DNA of 63,772 nucleotides, filler included, from Octopus bimaculoides (Eukaryota), in NCBI RefSeq assembly GCF_001194135.2. It is 7 parts of 6 records of this genome, joined end to end, with 100 filler letters (N's around TTAATTAATTAA, not from the genome) between each part and the next. Parts side by side here need not be neighbours in the genome. Positions count along the whole stretch, not along the records: positions 1 to 6,502 come from NC_068988.1; positions 6,603 to 17,016 come from NC_068982.1; 5 more parts are not named here. One strand, written 5' to 3'. Position numbers and translations under genes: made by a program. A model generated the notes under the pieces. It made no database searches. It saw only the letters and a list, made by a program, of their open reading frames with translations, and had not been told where the DNA came from. Of this stretch, positions 1 to 12,036 are shown in pieces. How positions within the stretch are numbered: position 1 is the stretch's first letter; the number at the start of each line of letters is the position of its first letter.

Positions 1-789
1 ATATATATATATATATATATATATATATCGGAAAGATCCAATTGTTCTCAAAAAACCTAACTCTTCTATTCATTAATGCAATCGCATCAAATAGGTACAT
101 AGCCTATCCACGTTTTCTTGGGATTTGAAAGAAATAAGCTAAATCCCATTTCAATGCGAATAGTTTGTTTTAGCAGACTCTGTACGATGCACGCACGGCT
201 CCTTCCGCCCGAATTTGTGGTATAAATTCTACTCAAATGAAGAGTATCATATTTCATGCTTCGTGCGACTTAAATCTAAGACCCGAGATGTTGAAATCTT
301 ATCGACATGCATCGAAATATTTACTTTGTAACTATAAAACTACTAATGCGTTATCTCCAGGGTTTTTATTTTCTTTTAGAAGAATTGTTTATTTTCATTG
401 CTATTTTTACCTGTTCTTTTTTTTTTCAGATATTTTTTTTTTTTTTTTTTNNNNNNNNNNTTTTTTTTTTTGTTTTTGGAGTATTTTTAAGATATTTCCC
501 TTGCTCAGTTAGACTTTCTTATGCAGCCATCATTACAAATATCCTGTTTTTAAAACTCGTTTACATGCTTTTACATATTTTTCCTATATTCATTCTGTTC
601 CATTTCTTGTCTTCATTCACTGACAAATCGCCCCCCCCCAACTCACCCATTTACTTACCTATTTTCAAATAACGGTTAAATTGTCAAATAATGACATTTT
701 ATTCATGAAAATTTGCCATGATATTTATCTATTTTTTATTAATGTTAAATAGATGGCATTTTTATATTTCATTTTTTTCAAATCGTTGA

Positions 790-1606
790 CCATCCAACTG
801 TTTTCTAACATTTGTATTATTTGGAAAGTAACAAAAAATATCTCGTCAAATGATGTTGCACCCGCTAAACGATTTTGTTTTTTTAATCGTAGTTATGTAG
901 TCTGCTCTGCATTCTTTTGCACAAGAAAAACTATTCATTTCTTGGTCACATGGTAATAAGAGCCGATGTATAGATTCTATACAACAAACAACAGTGTTCT
1001 GTGCAGTAGCTGGATTGGATAAAACTTCAGAACACTTTCCTATTTTGAAGTTGTGTCAAGAACATGGTCACTGTTTGGTGGTCGGAGAGTGGAATCGTTC
1101 GCTACTTTTAGTCCTAGTTTAAACCCACTGATTTAATCCTAACGAAACTATCACAACAGAAAACTATTACCAGAAAAAAATGACAAAACGCATCAAGAAT
1201 TGCAAAGCTTACAACCAGCATTGGATAAAGACTAATTCTTCTCCATGGCAATACCCGATCACGTGTCTCACAGATGACACTGTTGCACCTGAATGAATTG
1301 AAATATGAAACTCCACTGTCTCCGGTTTCCGCATCCGGTTCCCGCAACCAGACGTATTTCTGACCGATTACCACTTTTAAAAGAATCTCTGTAACGTTCT
1401 GCAAAAAACAAAACGTTTTCGATAACCAAGAGGCAACTGAAAATTCCTTCAACGAATTTATCAATTCCAGGATTCTATTTTACCAAAGTAAATGGAGTTA
1501 TTTCTTGTTTGTAATGTTCAATATTTCGATTCAAGAAATTTATTTCAGTTTTCTGACTTCAAATTTGATTATTTAAATCGACAACTATTTTCACACTAAA
1601 CTGGTA
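790..1606 (+). mobile_element. Mariner DNA transposon relic (Hsmar1/cecropia-like), 3' half with right TIR
   Basis: Frameshifted translation gives ILYNKQQ..MVTVWWSESG..NPNETITTENY..HQELQSLQPAL..VSQMTLLHLNELKYE..TDYHF..RFDNQEATENSFNEFINSR..CNVQYFD, matching the mariner transposase C-terminal half. The reverse complement of ~1575-1606 (taccagtttagtgtgaaaatagttgtcgattt) resembles an Hsmar1-type TIR. Confidence 0.85.
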
Positions 1607-1975
1607 TTTCATTTTTAAAATTTAATCATTTGAAATGACACGGTTCTTAGTCTAACCCGTCTCTCTAAAAGGTCTGCAGACATTATTAAAACCAATTCAT
1701 TAGTCTAGATATCTTCATTAGCCTTAATTTAACGCTAATTTTCAAATATATTAAAGTTCAAAGGCTAAAATGTGTTACTTCTCATTAATAATCCGATTTC
1801 ATAAATTTCAAATAAGAAATTTCACATTTTGAGTAATTATTTCAGTTATTGACATTTACATTTAGATAAATTTTTGCGCACACACTCGCACCCGCATGCA
1901 CATACGTGCATTTGCTTTCGCAGGCATTCGTGTATGCATGTACGTTTGTTTCTACGTACATGTTTATATATCTGA

Positions 1976-2066
1976 GAAGGCACGTGGCCTAGTGGTTAGG
2001 GTGTTACACTCACGATCGTAAGGTCGTGGTTTCGATTCCCAGACCTGGCGGTGAGTTGTGTTCTTG
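1976..2066 (+). mobile_element. tRNA-derived SINE, family B head
   Basis: A-box (tggcctagtggttaggg) and B-box (ggtttcgattccc); same head as copies at 3738, 43690, 45148, 48705 and 52747. Confidence 0.8.
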
Positions 2067-2330
2067 ATTTTGGAACGAGAAAGGGTGAAAATAGATCACC
2101 ACTTGGTGGCAACATGTTCTTTGAAATGTCATCGTGTCATCATCAGTGAAAAAAGTCACATTGGGAAATGTACTCATGAATAGATCTATCACACAGGAGG
2201 TGGGGGTCATGGTTGTGATTTCTTTGGTTGGTCTAGGACTATAGTAGAAAATACATATCTAGGGTAGCTGAACCCAAGCCCACACGGTTGGGAAGCAAAC
2301 TCTTTAACTATACAGCCACGCCAGTACCTA
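2067..2330 (-). mobile_element. SINE with family A head and a variant 3' body
   Basis: 2241-2330 is a degenerate reverse complement of the family A head; its body (2067-2240) recurs in part at 4301-4390. Confidence 0.6.
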
Positions 2331-2730
2331 TAAGAATGTTCTTGAAATATTATCGATTTTGAAATTTCAAACGTTTTAAGAACCATTTCAGGGACCGCTT
2401 TCGGTATATTTATTACGACTGTAGGCGTATATATGTATGTGTGTGTGTTTGTGTGCGTGTGTTTGTGTCTGTGTGTGAGTGCGTGTATGTGGATATAGAT
2501 CTGTCGGTGTGTAAGTGCATGTATGTTTGTATATATATATATGTGTATGTATGTATATGTCTATGCATATATGTATGTAAACAGGACGTCAAACATTAAG
2601 CCAAGGCAAATATCTCAAGTCATATATAATATTATGATTGGAGCCCCAGTAATCCGTTACAGCACTTACCTAGCGTACCTAATCGTTTAGATCACCTGTG
2701 AACTAAACCTCCATACTTTGTGTATGTGTA

Positions 2731-2771
<41 letters not shown>

Positions 2772-3193
2772 NNNNNNNNNNNNNNNNNNNNNNNNNNNNN
2801 NNNNNNNNNNNNNNNNNNNNNNNNNNNNNNNNNNNNNNNNNNNNNNNNNNNNNNNNNNNNNNNNNNNNNNNNNNNNNNNNNNNNNNNNNNNNNNNNNNNN
2901 NNNNNNNNNNNNNNNNNNNNNNNNNNNNNNNNNNNNNNNNNNNNNNNNNNNNNNNNNNNNNNNNNNNNNNNNNNNNNNNNNNNNNNNNNNNNNNNNNNNN
3001 NNNNNNNNNNNNNNNNNNNNNNNNNNNNNNNNNNNNNNNNNNNNNNNNNNNNNNNAATGCATAATAACAAAAGGTTAAGACAATAAATGGCAAATTCCGC
3101 ATCGTGAAGATACTGATAACAATTATTTTGGTCGATTTTTAATGAAGGGTAAAACGGCAGGTGGAAGAAAAGAATAATAATTACAAATGAATA

Positions 3194-3258
<65 letters not shown>
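3194..3258. repeat. (AAT)n microsatellite
   Basis: Direct reading of the sequence. Confidence 0.98.
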
Positions 3259-3261
<3 letters not shown>

Positions 3262-3390
3262 CAACAACGGTAACAGTAGAAAGATGTTTGCGTACAGCTG
3301 TATTATGAAAAGTGAAAAAAATTGTGAAGGTTTGGTGAAGTGAACAGCTTCTGGGTGTGTCCACATAATAACATGTTTGGCAAGTTGATT

Positions 3391-3392
3391 AG

Positions 3393-3442
<50 letters not shown>

Positions 3443-3735
3443 TATGACTGACTGGCAGTTGTTGGAATGGAAGGAAAAATAACTGCAAGTATGCATCTTT
3501 TTTAGAAATATATATATGCACGTATATATATATACACGTGTGCGTGTGCGTGTGTGTGTGTGTGTGCATGTACGTGTGTGTTGTGTGTGCGTGTGTATGT
3601 GTGTGTGCGTGTGTTGTGTCTGTGTTGTGTATGTGTTTGTGTGTGTGTATGTGTGTGTGTGTATCCGTGTATGTGTGTGCGTATGTTGTGTATGTATGTA
3701 TGTGTGCATGTGTATGTGCGTGCGTGTGTGTGTGA
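3391..3735. repeat. (GT)n and degenerate GT/AT compound microsatellite
   Basis: Direct reading; explains the overlapping CV/HT-rich ORFs. Confidence 0.95.
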
Positions 3736-3737
3736 AG

Positions 3738-4000
3738 GCGTGTAGCTAAGTGGTTGAAGTTTTGGATTCCTGATTGTAAGATTGTGGTTTCGATTCGTCG
3801 ACCACGCGATTCTTTGTGTTCTTCAGCAGAAACATTTCATTTCGTACTGCTGCAGTCCACTAAACTGTCACAAGTGAGTAATCTTCCGACGGGCCCCAGT
3901 GTCCCGTCCAGGGGGGAAATACGCCACAGAAACCGGGAAAGCCACCCTATGAATCTATATGACCCGGAAAGGACCTTCATATCCTTTAAATATGTAACAG
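3738..4000 (+). mobile_element. tRNA-derived SINE, family B
   Basis: Degenerate A/B boxes, central gtgttcttcagcagaaacatttcatttc block, and a tail shared with the minus-strand copy at 43690-43950. Confidence 0.75.
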
Positions 4001-4221
4001 ACACTATTCTCTAGTCTTAGATTTGATTTGAAACAAAATCAGTGACAAGCTATGATCCAAACAGATTTTTTCCTGATGTCTTAGAAACTTCTAAGCTGAA
4101 GTGACAACAGCATGGACTTTGTCTGTCTTCTTACCCTCTTAGAGGATTTAAGTAAAATTATACAAATGTGTCCGACTGATTAAAAACATTCTGTTTATTT
4201 ATTTATTTATTTATTTATTTA

Positions 4222-4409
4222 TGCAGCTGAGGATAGCTCTGCATTTAAACTGATGTAATGATTGCATTGTTCAATTCAATGGAGCCGCTTGAAACGGTCG
4301 GTTTTGGAAAGAGAAAGGGTGAAAATTGATCGCCCCTTGGTGGAAACATGTTCGGTCATGGTTGTGATTTCTTTGATTGGTCTGGGACTATATCCTGTTG
4401 CTTATTTTG

Positions 4410-4415
<6 letters not shown>
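4222..4415 (+). repeat. Dispersed repeat with hammerhead-like core, interrupted by a SINE-derived fragment
   Basis: 4222-4300 and 4390-4415 align with 25497-25620; 4301-4390 matches two pieces of 2067-2241. Confidence 0.7.
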
Positions 4416-4444
<29 letters not shown>

Positions 4445-4639
4445 NNNNNNNNNNNNNNNNNNNNNNNNNNNNNNNNNNNNNNNNNNNNNNNNNNNNNNNN
4501 NNNNNNNNNNNNNNNNNNNNNNNNNNNNNNNNNNNNNNNNNNNNNNNNNNNNNNNNNNNNNNNNNNNNNNNNNNNNNNNNNNNNNNNNNNNNNNNNNNNN
4601 NNNNNNNNNNNNNNNNNNNNNNNNNNNNNNNNNNNNNNN

Positions 4640-4678
<39 letters not shown>

Positions 4679-4918
4679 CATTTATGGTTTTGCGTTGGAA
4701 GATTCTTGATGTGAAACCGTGTGTTGAAACATATTGTTGTATTTCGGTATAGTCGTTCTTTTGTGCTAAATAAACACACACATTATATATTCGTTCCGCA
4801 CTCGTTTATTACACATACAAAAAAAAATTACAGACGCAAATGCATGCGCATATAAGGATACACATCATAAAATAACAGAATAGAGTAAACGGAATAGGAG
4901 CACACACGAGGATGGAAA

Positions 4919-4965
4919 ATGTCGCTGAAGAGGGCACAGATGTATGACAAAAGATTTCCGGACAT
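4919..4965 (+). ncRNA. Degenerate type I hammerhead ribozyme motif (Penelope-type relic)
   Basis: ATGTCG-CTGAAGA-G-GGCACA(GATG)TATGAC-AAAA-G(AT)T-TC-CGGACAT. Stem I has 6 bp with a bulge, the CUGANGA core is intact, 4 of 6 stem II pairs remain, and GAAA has become AAAA. Confidence 0.5.
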
Positions 4966-5046
4966 GAGTTAAAATAAGAACAGTAATAAACGAGTGAAGA
5001 ACGAATAAAAAGAGCGTGTATTAATTTGGCCCAAAAAATAAAAAAA

Positions 5047-5205
5047 TGGCCGGCTGTGTGATAAGTAGCTTACTTACCAGCCACATGGTTCCGGGCTCGG
5101 TCCGACTGCGTCGCACCTTAGGCAGGTGTCTTTTACTATAGCCTCGGACCGACCAAAGCCTCGTGAGTGGATTTGGTAGACGGAAACTGAAAAGAAGCCC
5201 ATCGT
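5047..5205 (+). mobile_element. tRNA-derived SINE, family A (5' half)
   Basis: gctgtgtgataagtagctt..ggttccgggctcggtcc..gcctcggaccgaccaaagcc..ggtagacggaaactgaaaagaagccc, followed by a GT tract. Confidence 0.85.
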
Positions 5206-5207
5206 AT

Positions 5208-5238
<31 letters not shown>

Positions 5239-6431
5239 TAATTCATCTGTACCTCCATTGGAAGTTAAAAAGCTATGAATGAAAATGGTGTTTGTTGAGT
5301 CACACGAACCGTCTACTCTCGATTTGATACTTCCAATTCCTTACCAACTAGCCCCTGGTGCTCACAAAAATAAGGATGAAACAGTTATTGCAAAGATAAG
5401 CAAAAACATAAACAAACAAGCAATCAAACAACCAGCATCTGAGAACACTTAATTGAGATCGTTGTTATAACGTTGTAAAAATAACTTCAATTCTTTCATC
5501 TGAACTAAATCTAAATTTTGCCCAAAGATATTGTTACTCTGTGCCTTGCTAAAACGAAAGTTACATTGTTTAAACAATTCAAATTATAGAAGACCTCGAG
5601 AAAAAATTTGGTTGTGAAAAGGTTCACGACCAAAACTGCAATTTCAGCGGGTGGAGTTCCTTTCATACAACTCAAAGAATTTATTTACTAGAAATATCGT
5701 TTAATTAGGCTTTCTTCTCTCTTTCTCTTTCTTTTTATATATTAAAATAGAGAATAAAAATACCTCACAGTGGGATTGTTTGATAGAAAATACATTATTT
5801 ACCTTAAACTATAAACTTCGCTTGTTTTTCTTAACAGTAAGCAAACAGAAAGAGCGCCAAAAATATTGTTTTTTTGATGTGGTTGTCTTCATTTTTATTT
5901 ATTTAAAGCTCCGAAAACTAACATTCCGAAGGAATACCCACACCCATAAAAGGTGAAGCAGCCATATGTTGGTTAGAAACGCACAACAACAACAGCAATA
6001 ATAGCAACAACAACAACAACAACAACAAAGTGTTGTGAAGTATTGTAAAACGGAAATACGAAATCCTTAAACGTTTGATGGACGGCTACGAAGGAGGAAA
6101 GCTTTGACTTCAAGTACGATCTTAAGAGAGAAAATAACGACATTAATAACACAAATAATAATAACTATTATAATAACAATAATAATTGAATGATAATACA
6201 AGTGACATCATTTATTACATGACATTTGTTTATTCTAGATTGGAAACAAAAATAAAAATAAAATAGTTAAGTATGTATTAATTAGTTTCATGTAGGTAGA
6301 TATGGAAGCTGTTTGCTTTGTTTCAATTAAGAGTTTGTTTTTTTAATGGAGTTACGTCCCTTGAAATAATCCAAAATATGCCGCCTTTAAATAGATATAA
6401 AGACTATGTATGTATGTATGAATGTATGTAT

Positions 6432-6502
<71 letters not shown>

Positions 6503-6546
6503 NNNNNNNNNNNNNNNNNNNNNNNNNNNNNNNNNNNNNNNNNNNN

Positions 6547-6558
6547 TTAATTAATTAA
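6547..6558. other. Assembly linker TTAATTAATTAA in a 100-nt N spacer
   Basis: 44 N + 12 nt + 44 N; the same linker recurs at 17061, 28704, 43142, 46195 and 49025. Confidence 0.95.
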
Positions 6559-6602
6559 NNNNNNNNNNNNNNNNNNNNNNNNNNNNNNNNNNNNNNNNNN
6601 NN

Positions 6603-6915
6603 GCAGAACATTGGCAAATCTTTCCTTATCTGCTTCCCCTCTGGCTAAATAAACCTGTCGCCTAGCCTCCCTTCTGGCACATTGGTACAATTCCCTGCTA
6701 CCACCGTTCTTCCAGTCCTTCCAAGCCTGTTTCTTTTGTCTAATAGCCCTGTCTACCTCCTTGTTCCACCACCACGTTACTCTGGGTTGGGAGGGGACCT
6801 TACACCACCCACAAATCTGGTCGGTGGCTTTCAACAGGTTGTCCCGCAGAAATCTCCAATTGTCTTCCACGTTGTATGATGCTATATCCCCTTCTATTTC
6901 GTTAAATGCTTCAAG
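6603..6915 (-). mobile_element. RTE-type LINE fragment (region between endonuclease and RT)
   Basis: Stop-free translation NVEDNWRFLRDNLLKATDQICGWCK..TWWWNKEVDRAIRQKKQAWKDWK..YQCARREARRQV, cut off by the gap. Confidence 0.85.
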
Positions 6916-7299
6916 TGTGTAGGTAAATATAAATATGTGTGTGTGTGTAGGTATGTTTTTACTCCTGTGTTGTTGATATGAATGAAGCACAATACGTATG
7001 CTAGATGGATAGAGTGTGTGTGTGTGTGTAGAAACAGAGTTATGAAGTGTACTGTCGGTCATTTATCAGTATATGCTGTGGAGTGAAGAGAAAAATAGAG
7101 TTAATAAATGAGAACATGTTTGATATTTCTTGGGAGATGAAAGTTAGTTGTGGTGCAAACAGAGGTGGGTGATGCATTGTGTAAATGAGCTACAGATTGA
7201 AGCAATTCAACGTTGCTACATGAGATGTCTTCTAAGTGATGCCTTGTAATCATACATTACACATGGCTATGTTTGTTGCTGTTTTTGGAATAGTCTATT

Positions 7300-7680
7300 A
7301 TGGAAGACAACTATGAAAATGGTGAATCCAAATGTCCACCTGTGCACGCTTGCATGGGCCGGAGTACATTTGAAGCAGATTTTCTACAACTGGATACCCT
7401 TCCTGTCACCAACCCTCAACCATTTCCTCTTCTCCCTCATCTAGTGGTCATTGTGGAAGCTAGGGACAGAAGAGTGGTCAATAAGAGCTATACAAATTTT
7501 CCCATGGCCAGACATGGTTTTGCACTGGTGTCAGTGCCACCTAAAAGACACACAGTACACTCTATAAAGTGGTTGGTATTAGAAAAGGGATCCAGCTGTA
7601 GAAACCAAGCCAAAACAGAGAAATGGAGCTGGGTGTGGCCCATGCCAGCATGGAAAATGGACGTTAGATGATGATGTGAT
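7300..7680 (+). mobile_element. LINE-3'-UTR-like/SINE-like repeat with an internal 34-bp inverted repeat
   Basis: Arms at 7381-7414 and 7571-7604 (about 7 mismatches); ends in a (GAT)n tail. Confidence 0.6.
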
Positions 7681-8221
7681 GTCAAGATACGCGCACATCT
7701 AATGATTGTGACATTAAGATAATGACTAGCATATCCAGGAACACCTTCAGCAAGAAAAACAAACGGCAAAGTTATTGATAACATTCTCATTCAGTGAGAC
7801 AAATTTAAAATTACATCCGAAGTGAAGATAATTTCAGTTCAATGAAGGTAAGGGAGACAACCCCGTGATTTAATTCATTAAAACTAGATTGTTAGACATC
7901 CAATTCTATAATTCTTTTTAATATTCATGGTTGTCTCCCTTGCACTCCCTAATCAGTATTAATTATTAACCTAATAATTCTTTCCTCTCATTACGGATGT
8001 CAACTTAAAACTTTCTGGCTCTCTACATTAAACATGTTAGCCTCTAATTTATTATGGCAGACTTGCATTGGTCGTAGTGTTTGAACATATCAAAATATCA
8101 GTGGCTATAGTACGATTGAACAAGGTTTCTCAGCTATTTCTGAAATGCGTGTAATAACACACACTCTTTCTCTCTCTCTCTCTCTCTGCGTGCATGCATG
8201 TGTGTGTGTGTGTGTGTGTGT

Positions 8222-8915
8222 ATGCCTCTAGCGCCAAGACTGGTTGGATGTCCAGTCAGCCGTGCCGAGTTGTTAGCATCCATAACACCTGCACACAATC
8301 ATCTCCTTCCAGGTTTTCCACCATCATCCTTCCTCTTTGTTCCCTGGTTTCGTTCAACCATTTCTTTGTGGATTTTCTTGTCCATGGATGACTCAAGAAG
8401 CAGAGAGTCAGGGAAGCATATATCATGTGACCAAACAAACCCCTTCAACTATTTTGCCTTTGAAAAATTGACAAGATTGTCGCATCCAAGCGTCACTTTA
8501 CCGATCTCACTGATGATCTTTTCCTGTCAGAGCCAGCTAATCGTTTTGTCAGCAGCCTCTATATTCATCTTGATGGCTCTTCTTCAATGAACTCCTGAAT
8601 CGCCAGAGTTCCATAGACTTGCAAACTCTCAACTGTCCACCGCCACCAGCAAAATCCTTGTTTCCCGTCCATTCCTGCAGCAATATTCCACCAACTTCCG
8701 GTATTTGGGTCTCTTCCTCACTTGAGCCTACTCCATCCTCTCGTTTCATGACACTTAAGTCCAGAAGAAACAGCTGCCTTTTGCCCTGGAAACCATGATG
8801 GTATCTGGTCACAGTAATGACTGGGTAATGTGCACCGGAAACTTTAGCTGTTTCTCCAGATCAACTTCCGTCACCCAGCTCCTTGTTGTAAAAAAATAAT
8901 CCCACGGAGCTGCCC
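8222..8915 (-). mobile_element. HERO-like non-LTR retrotransposon 3' fragment with restriction-like endonuclease
   Basis: Frameshifted translation SWVTEVDLEKQLKFPVHITQSLL*PDTIMVS..ERME*AQVRKRPKYRKLVEYCCRNG..RRAIKMNIEAADKTISWL*, matching the REL C-terminus (RPD..ELTVPWE..KY..RRAIK..AAE.ASRWLW) as I recall it. Confidence 0.75.
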
Positions 8916-8949
8916 TTGGGTATTTTTGTTCGCTTCTCTCCCATATTAT

Positions 8950-9110
8950 TATTATGCAAGTATGGTCGTGTGCTTGAGAAGCCTGCTTCCTAACCATGTG
9001 GTCCTGGTTCAGTTCAATTGCATAGCATCTTGGCAAATATCTTCCAGTTTTGCTTAGTATTGCTTTGTGAGTGAATTTGGCTGGCAAAAAAAACTGCAGA
9101 AGGCTGTTGT
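8950..9110 (+). mobile_element. Degenerate SINE, family A
   Basis: gagaagcctgcttcctaaccatgtggtcctggttcag..gtgagtgaatttgg..ctgcagaagg. Confidence 0.7.
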
Positions 9111-9265
9111 GAATACATTTATATGTACACCACCGCTAGGTAACAGGTGTGAGCTTTTTAGGTCCGCATAATTTAGTACATTACTAAGACAGAATGATAG
9201 ACTAAATATTAAACTTAAAATGGAGGTATTGTATAATTTATACCCAAGTAAAATTGACTTTAAGG

Positions 9266-9561
9266 CAGTGGTACCCAAACGATTTCGGACAGCCACCCCT
9301 TTGACACCCAGGCCACATTCCTAGCGCCCTCACCCCAACTCACTACCACAAACCACTCTCTGCATCAAATTCAAAACAATTGTATTTCACAAATGAAACT
9401 TAACCAAATTAACCCATTATTTTATTTTTACATACATCGCCCCCACTCACTCCTCTTGGCCACTCCATTATCACCCCGACCCCCCACTTTTCCTCAGCGC
9501 CTCTTTGAATATTTCCACCCCACCCCCAGAGGGGCGGTACCGTCCACTTTGGGAACTACTG
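9266..9561. mobile_element. hAT (Charlie/MER5-type) MITE
   Basis: TIRs cagtggtacccaaac and reverse complement cagtagttcccaaag (12/15); 8-bp TSD ctttaagg/ttttaaag (6/8). Confidence 0.8.
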
Positions 9562-9736
9562 TTTTAAAGGTTCGACTTTTATGCAGACACTGCTTTTTCA
9601 GGGACTGAACTCCATGATTAACCCCACTCGAGATCGCCCCTGATTTGTGACACAAACTTACTGTTTTCAAGTGGTCGAAATTAAAATCTTCCAACAAAAT
9701 TTCACGTTAATTTATGCTCCAAACATCACCTTAATA

Positions 9737-9943
9737 CGCCTTTCTACTATAGGTACAAGGCCTGATGGGAGGGAGCTGGTCGAGTACATAGACCCTAATG
9801 CTTAACTGGTACTTATTTTATCAACCCCAAAAGGATAAGAAGCAAAGCCGACCTCGGAGGAATTTGAACTCAGAACGTAAAGACAAATAAAACGCCGCTA
9901 AGCATTTTTCCCGGCGTGCTAACGACTCTGCCAGTTCGCCACC
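9737..9943 (-). mobile_element. tRNA-derived SINE, family C
   Basis: Reverse complement of the family seen at 30262 and 62916. Confidence 0.88.
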
Positions 9944-9961
9944 CTGACGCCTACTTAATAA

Positions 9962-10177
9962 TCCTTTCTACTCTAGTCACAACGCCTGAAATTTGTGGGA
10001 GAGGGGGGGCCAACTGATTAGATCGACCCCAGTACTCATATGGTATTTAATTTATCGACCCCGAAAAGATAAAAGGCAAATTCGATCTCGGCGGAATTTG
10101 AACTCAGAACGTAGAGACAGACGAAATGCCGCCAAGCATTTCGCCCGGCGCGCTAACGTTTCTGCCAGCTCGCCGCC
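9962..10177 (-). mobile_element. tRNA-derived SINE, family C
   Basis: Near full-length reverse-complement copy, in tandem with the previous one. Confidence 0.9.
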
Positions 10178-12036
10178 CTGACACCGACTTTAATGACAAA
10201 ACTGTTTAACTAAATTCTTCATTATATTCAAAATTAATTTTTAAAAAAGGCTGTATATTTCAGTAGAAATATGGTAACAAAAGGGTTAACCTGGGTCAAA
10301 ATTTTAATTAAGCAAAAGCCTAATTGTTGTATAAATTAATACAAAACAAAAATACAAAAGTATTGTAGTTGACTTGAAGCATTGTGTATTGTTTGTAAAG
10401 AATAAAATGTTTTGAATGACGACAATGCACTATAATACAAACATTGGACTATAAGAACTGTTGTAATTTAATCATCCATAGTCTGATATGGTATTTCGGA
10501 ATATAAACTACAAAGATTGATGAGAATTTATGCACGATTGTATTACATCAAAATATATGTCCTGCTATAAAATTCTCATTGATAAATGATTACCATGGAC
10601 AGTTTGCACTTAACCTTGCTCTGTTACAGTCTTAGCACGCACAGAGTTAGAGGGTAGCATGGTCCAAAAAATTCTTGTATAAGTTAGTCAGCTCCAGACA
10701 TATACGTAGTATAGAGGACAAAAGGTGGACAGATTGATAGCCATCGTATGTTCTGTACACTTCGTCACATGTTGAATCAATGAAATTTTCGATAAGCTGA
10801 CGATCATCATACAACACACGGTTCAGTAACTAAAATTACTAAATATGTGAATAAAAATCCAATAATGTCAGGAATGGGAAAGGTAAATGAAAACAACATA
10901 TGTTTCATAGTTAAACAATTATTATATAACTTACAAGTTATGCAACATTGTTCAGATATGAAACACATTTAGTCTTTATTTACCTTTTCTATGCTTTACA
11001 TTCATATATATATGAATGTAAAGCATGGAATGGTAAACAAAGACTATATATATATATATATAAGTACATATCAATACTTTCCGAAATCCNNNNNNNNNNN
11101 NNNNNNNNNNNNNNNNNNNNNNNNNNNNNNNNNNNNNNNNNNNNNNNNNNNNNNNNNNNNNNNNNNNNNNNNNNNNNNNNNNNNNNNNNNNNNNNNNNNN
11201 NNNNNNNNNNNNNNNNNNNNNNNNNNNNNNNNNNNNNNNNNNNNNNNNNNNNNNNNNNNNNNNNNNNNNNNNNNNNNNNNNNNNNNNNNNNNNNNNNNNN
11301 NNNNNNNNNNNNNNNNNNNNNNNNNNNNNNNNNNNNNNNNNNNNNNNNNNNNNNNNNNNNNNNNNNNNNNNNNNNNNNNNNNNNNNNNNNNNNNNNNNNN
11401 NNNNNNNNNNNNNNNNNNNNNNNNNNNNNNNNNNNNNNNNNNNNNNNNNNNNNNNNNNNNNNNNNNNNNNNNNNNNNNNNNNNNNNNNNNNNNNNNNNNN
11501 NNNNNNNNNNNNNNNNNNNNNNNNNNNNNNNNNNNNNNNNNNNNNNNNNNNNNNNNNNTGATTCCTTATTTTTAAACTTTTGTCCCCCGCCTCATCGTGT
11601 CTTTGGAACAACCACCACTAATTTTTTTTTTCGCCCTTTCATTGTATTCCACATTTCGAAACACTTGAAATTCGCATTTTAATTTTTTTTTTTTTTGTTT
11701 CATTTCCTAAACTGAGCCCAACTCCATCGCATTTTCACTATCAAAATTAATTTTGCTTTTACTTTTGCTATTTTCGTCTATTTTTTAAAATATACTTTTG
11801 CCTTCTGTAAAACATTTTTTCATACAACATAAAAATAAAATTAAGAGAAAAAGAATATATTTAAACTTACCTTTGTAACGTTTACAATTCCCATAAAATT
11901 CAATTTTACACGCCATTTTTTATTCATCTCCTTCACACGACAAAAACAATTAGAAATATTATATCGTTTTTGTTAGAACAACGACCACCTACTGCTACGA
12001 AAGTAGGAATCTAACGGTCAGGTTTCAAATCATTGA

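Larger units (their letters stand above)
9618..10289. mobile_element. piggyBac-type MITE (TTAA-CCC...GGG-TTAA) interrupted by two SINEs
   Basis: ttaacccc at 9618 and aagggttaa ending at 10289; the body is split at a ttaat site by SINEs 9737-9943 and 9962-10177. Confidence 0.65.

Noticed and set aside
1114-1464. 116-aa minus-strand ORF
   Set aside because: Antisense of the plus-strand mariner relic.
1976-2050. tRNA-like sequences here and at other SINE heads
   Set aside because: A/B boxes continue into SINE bodies and lack an intact acceptor stem; they are not tRNA genes.
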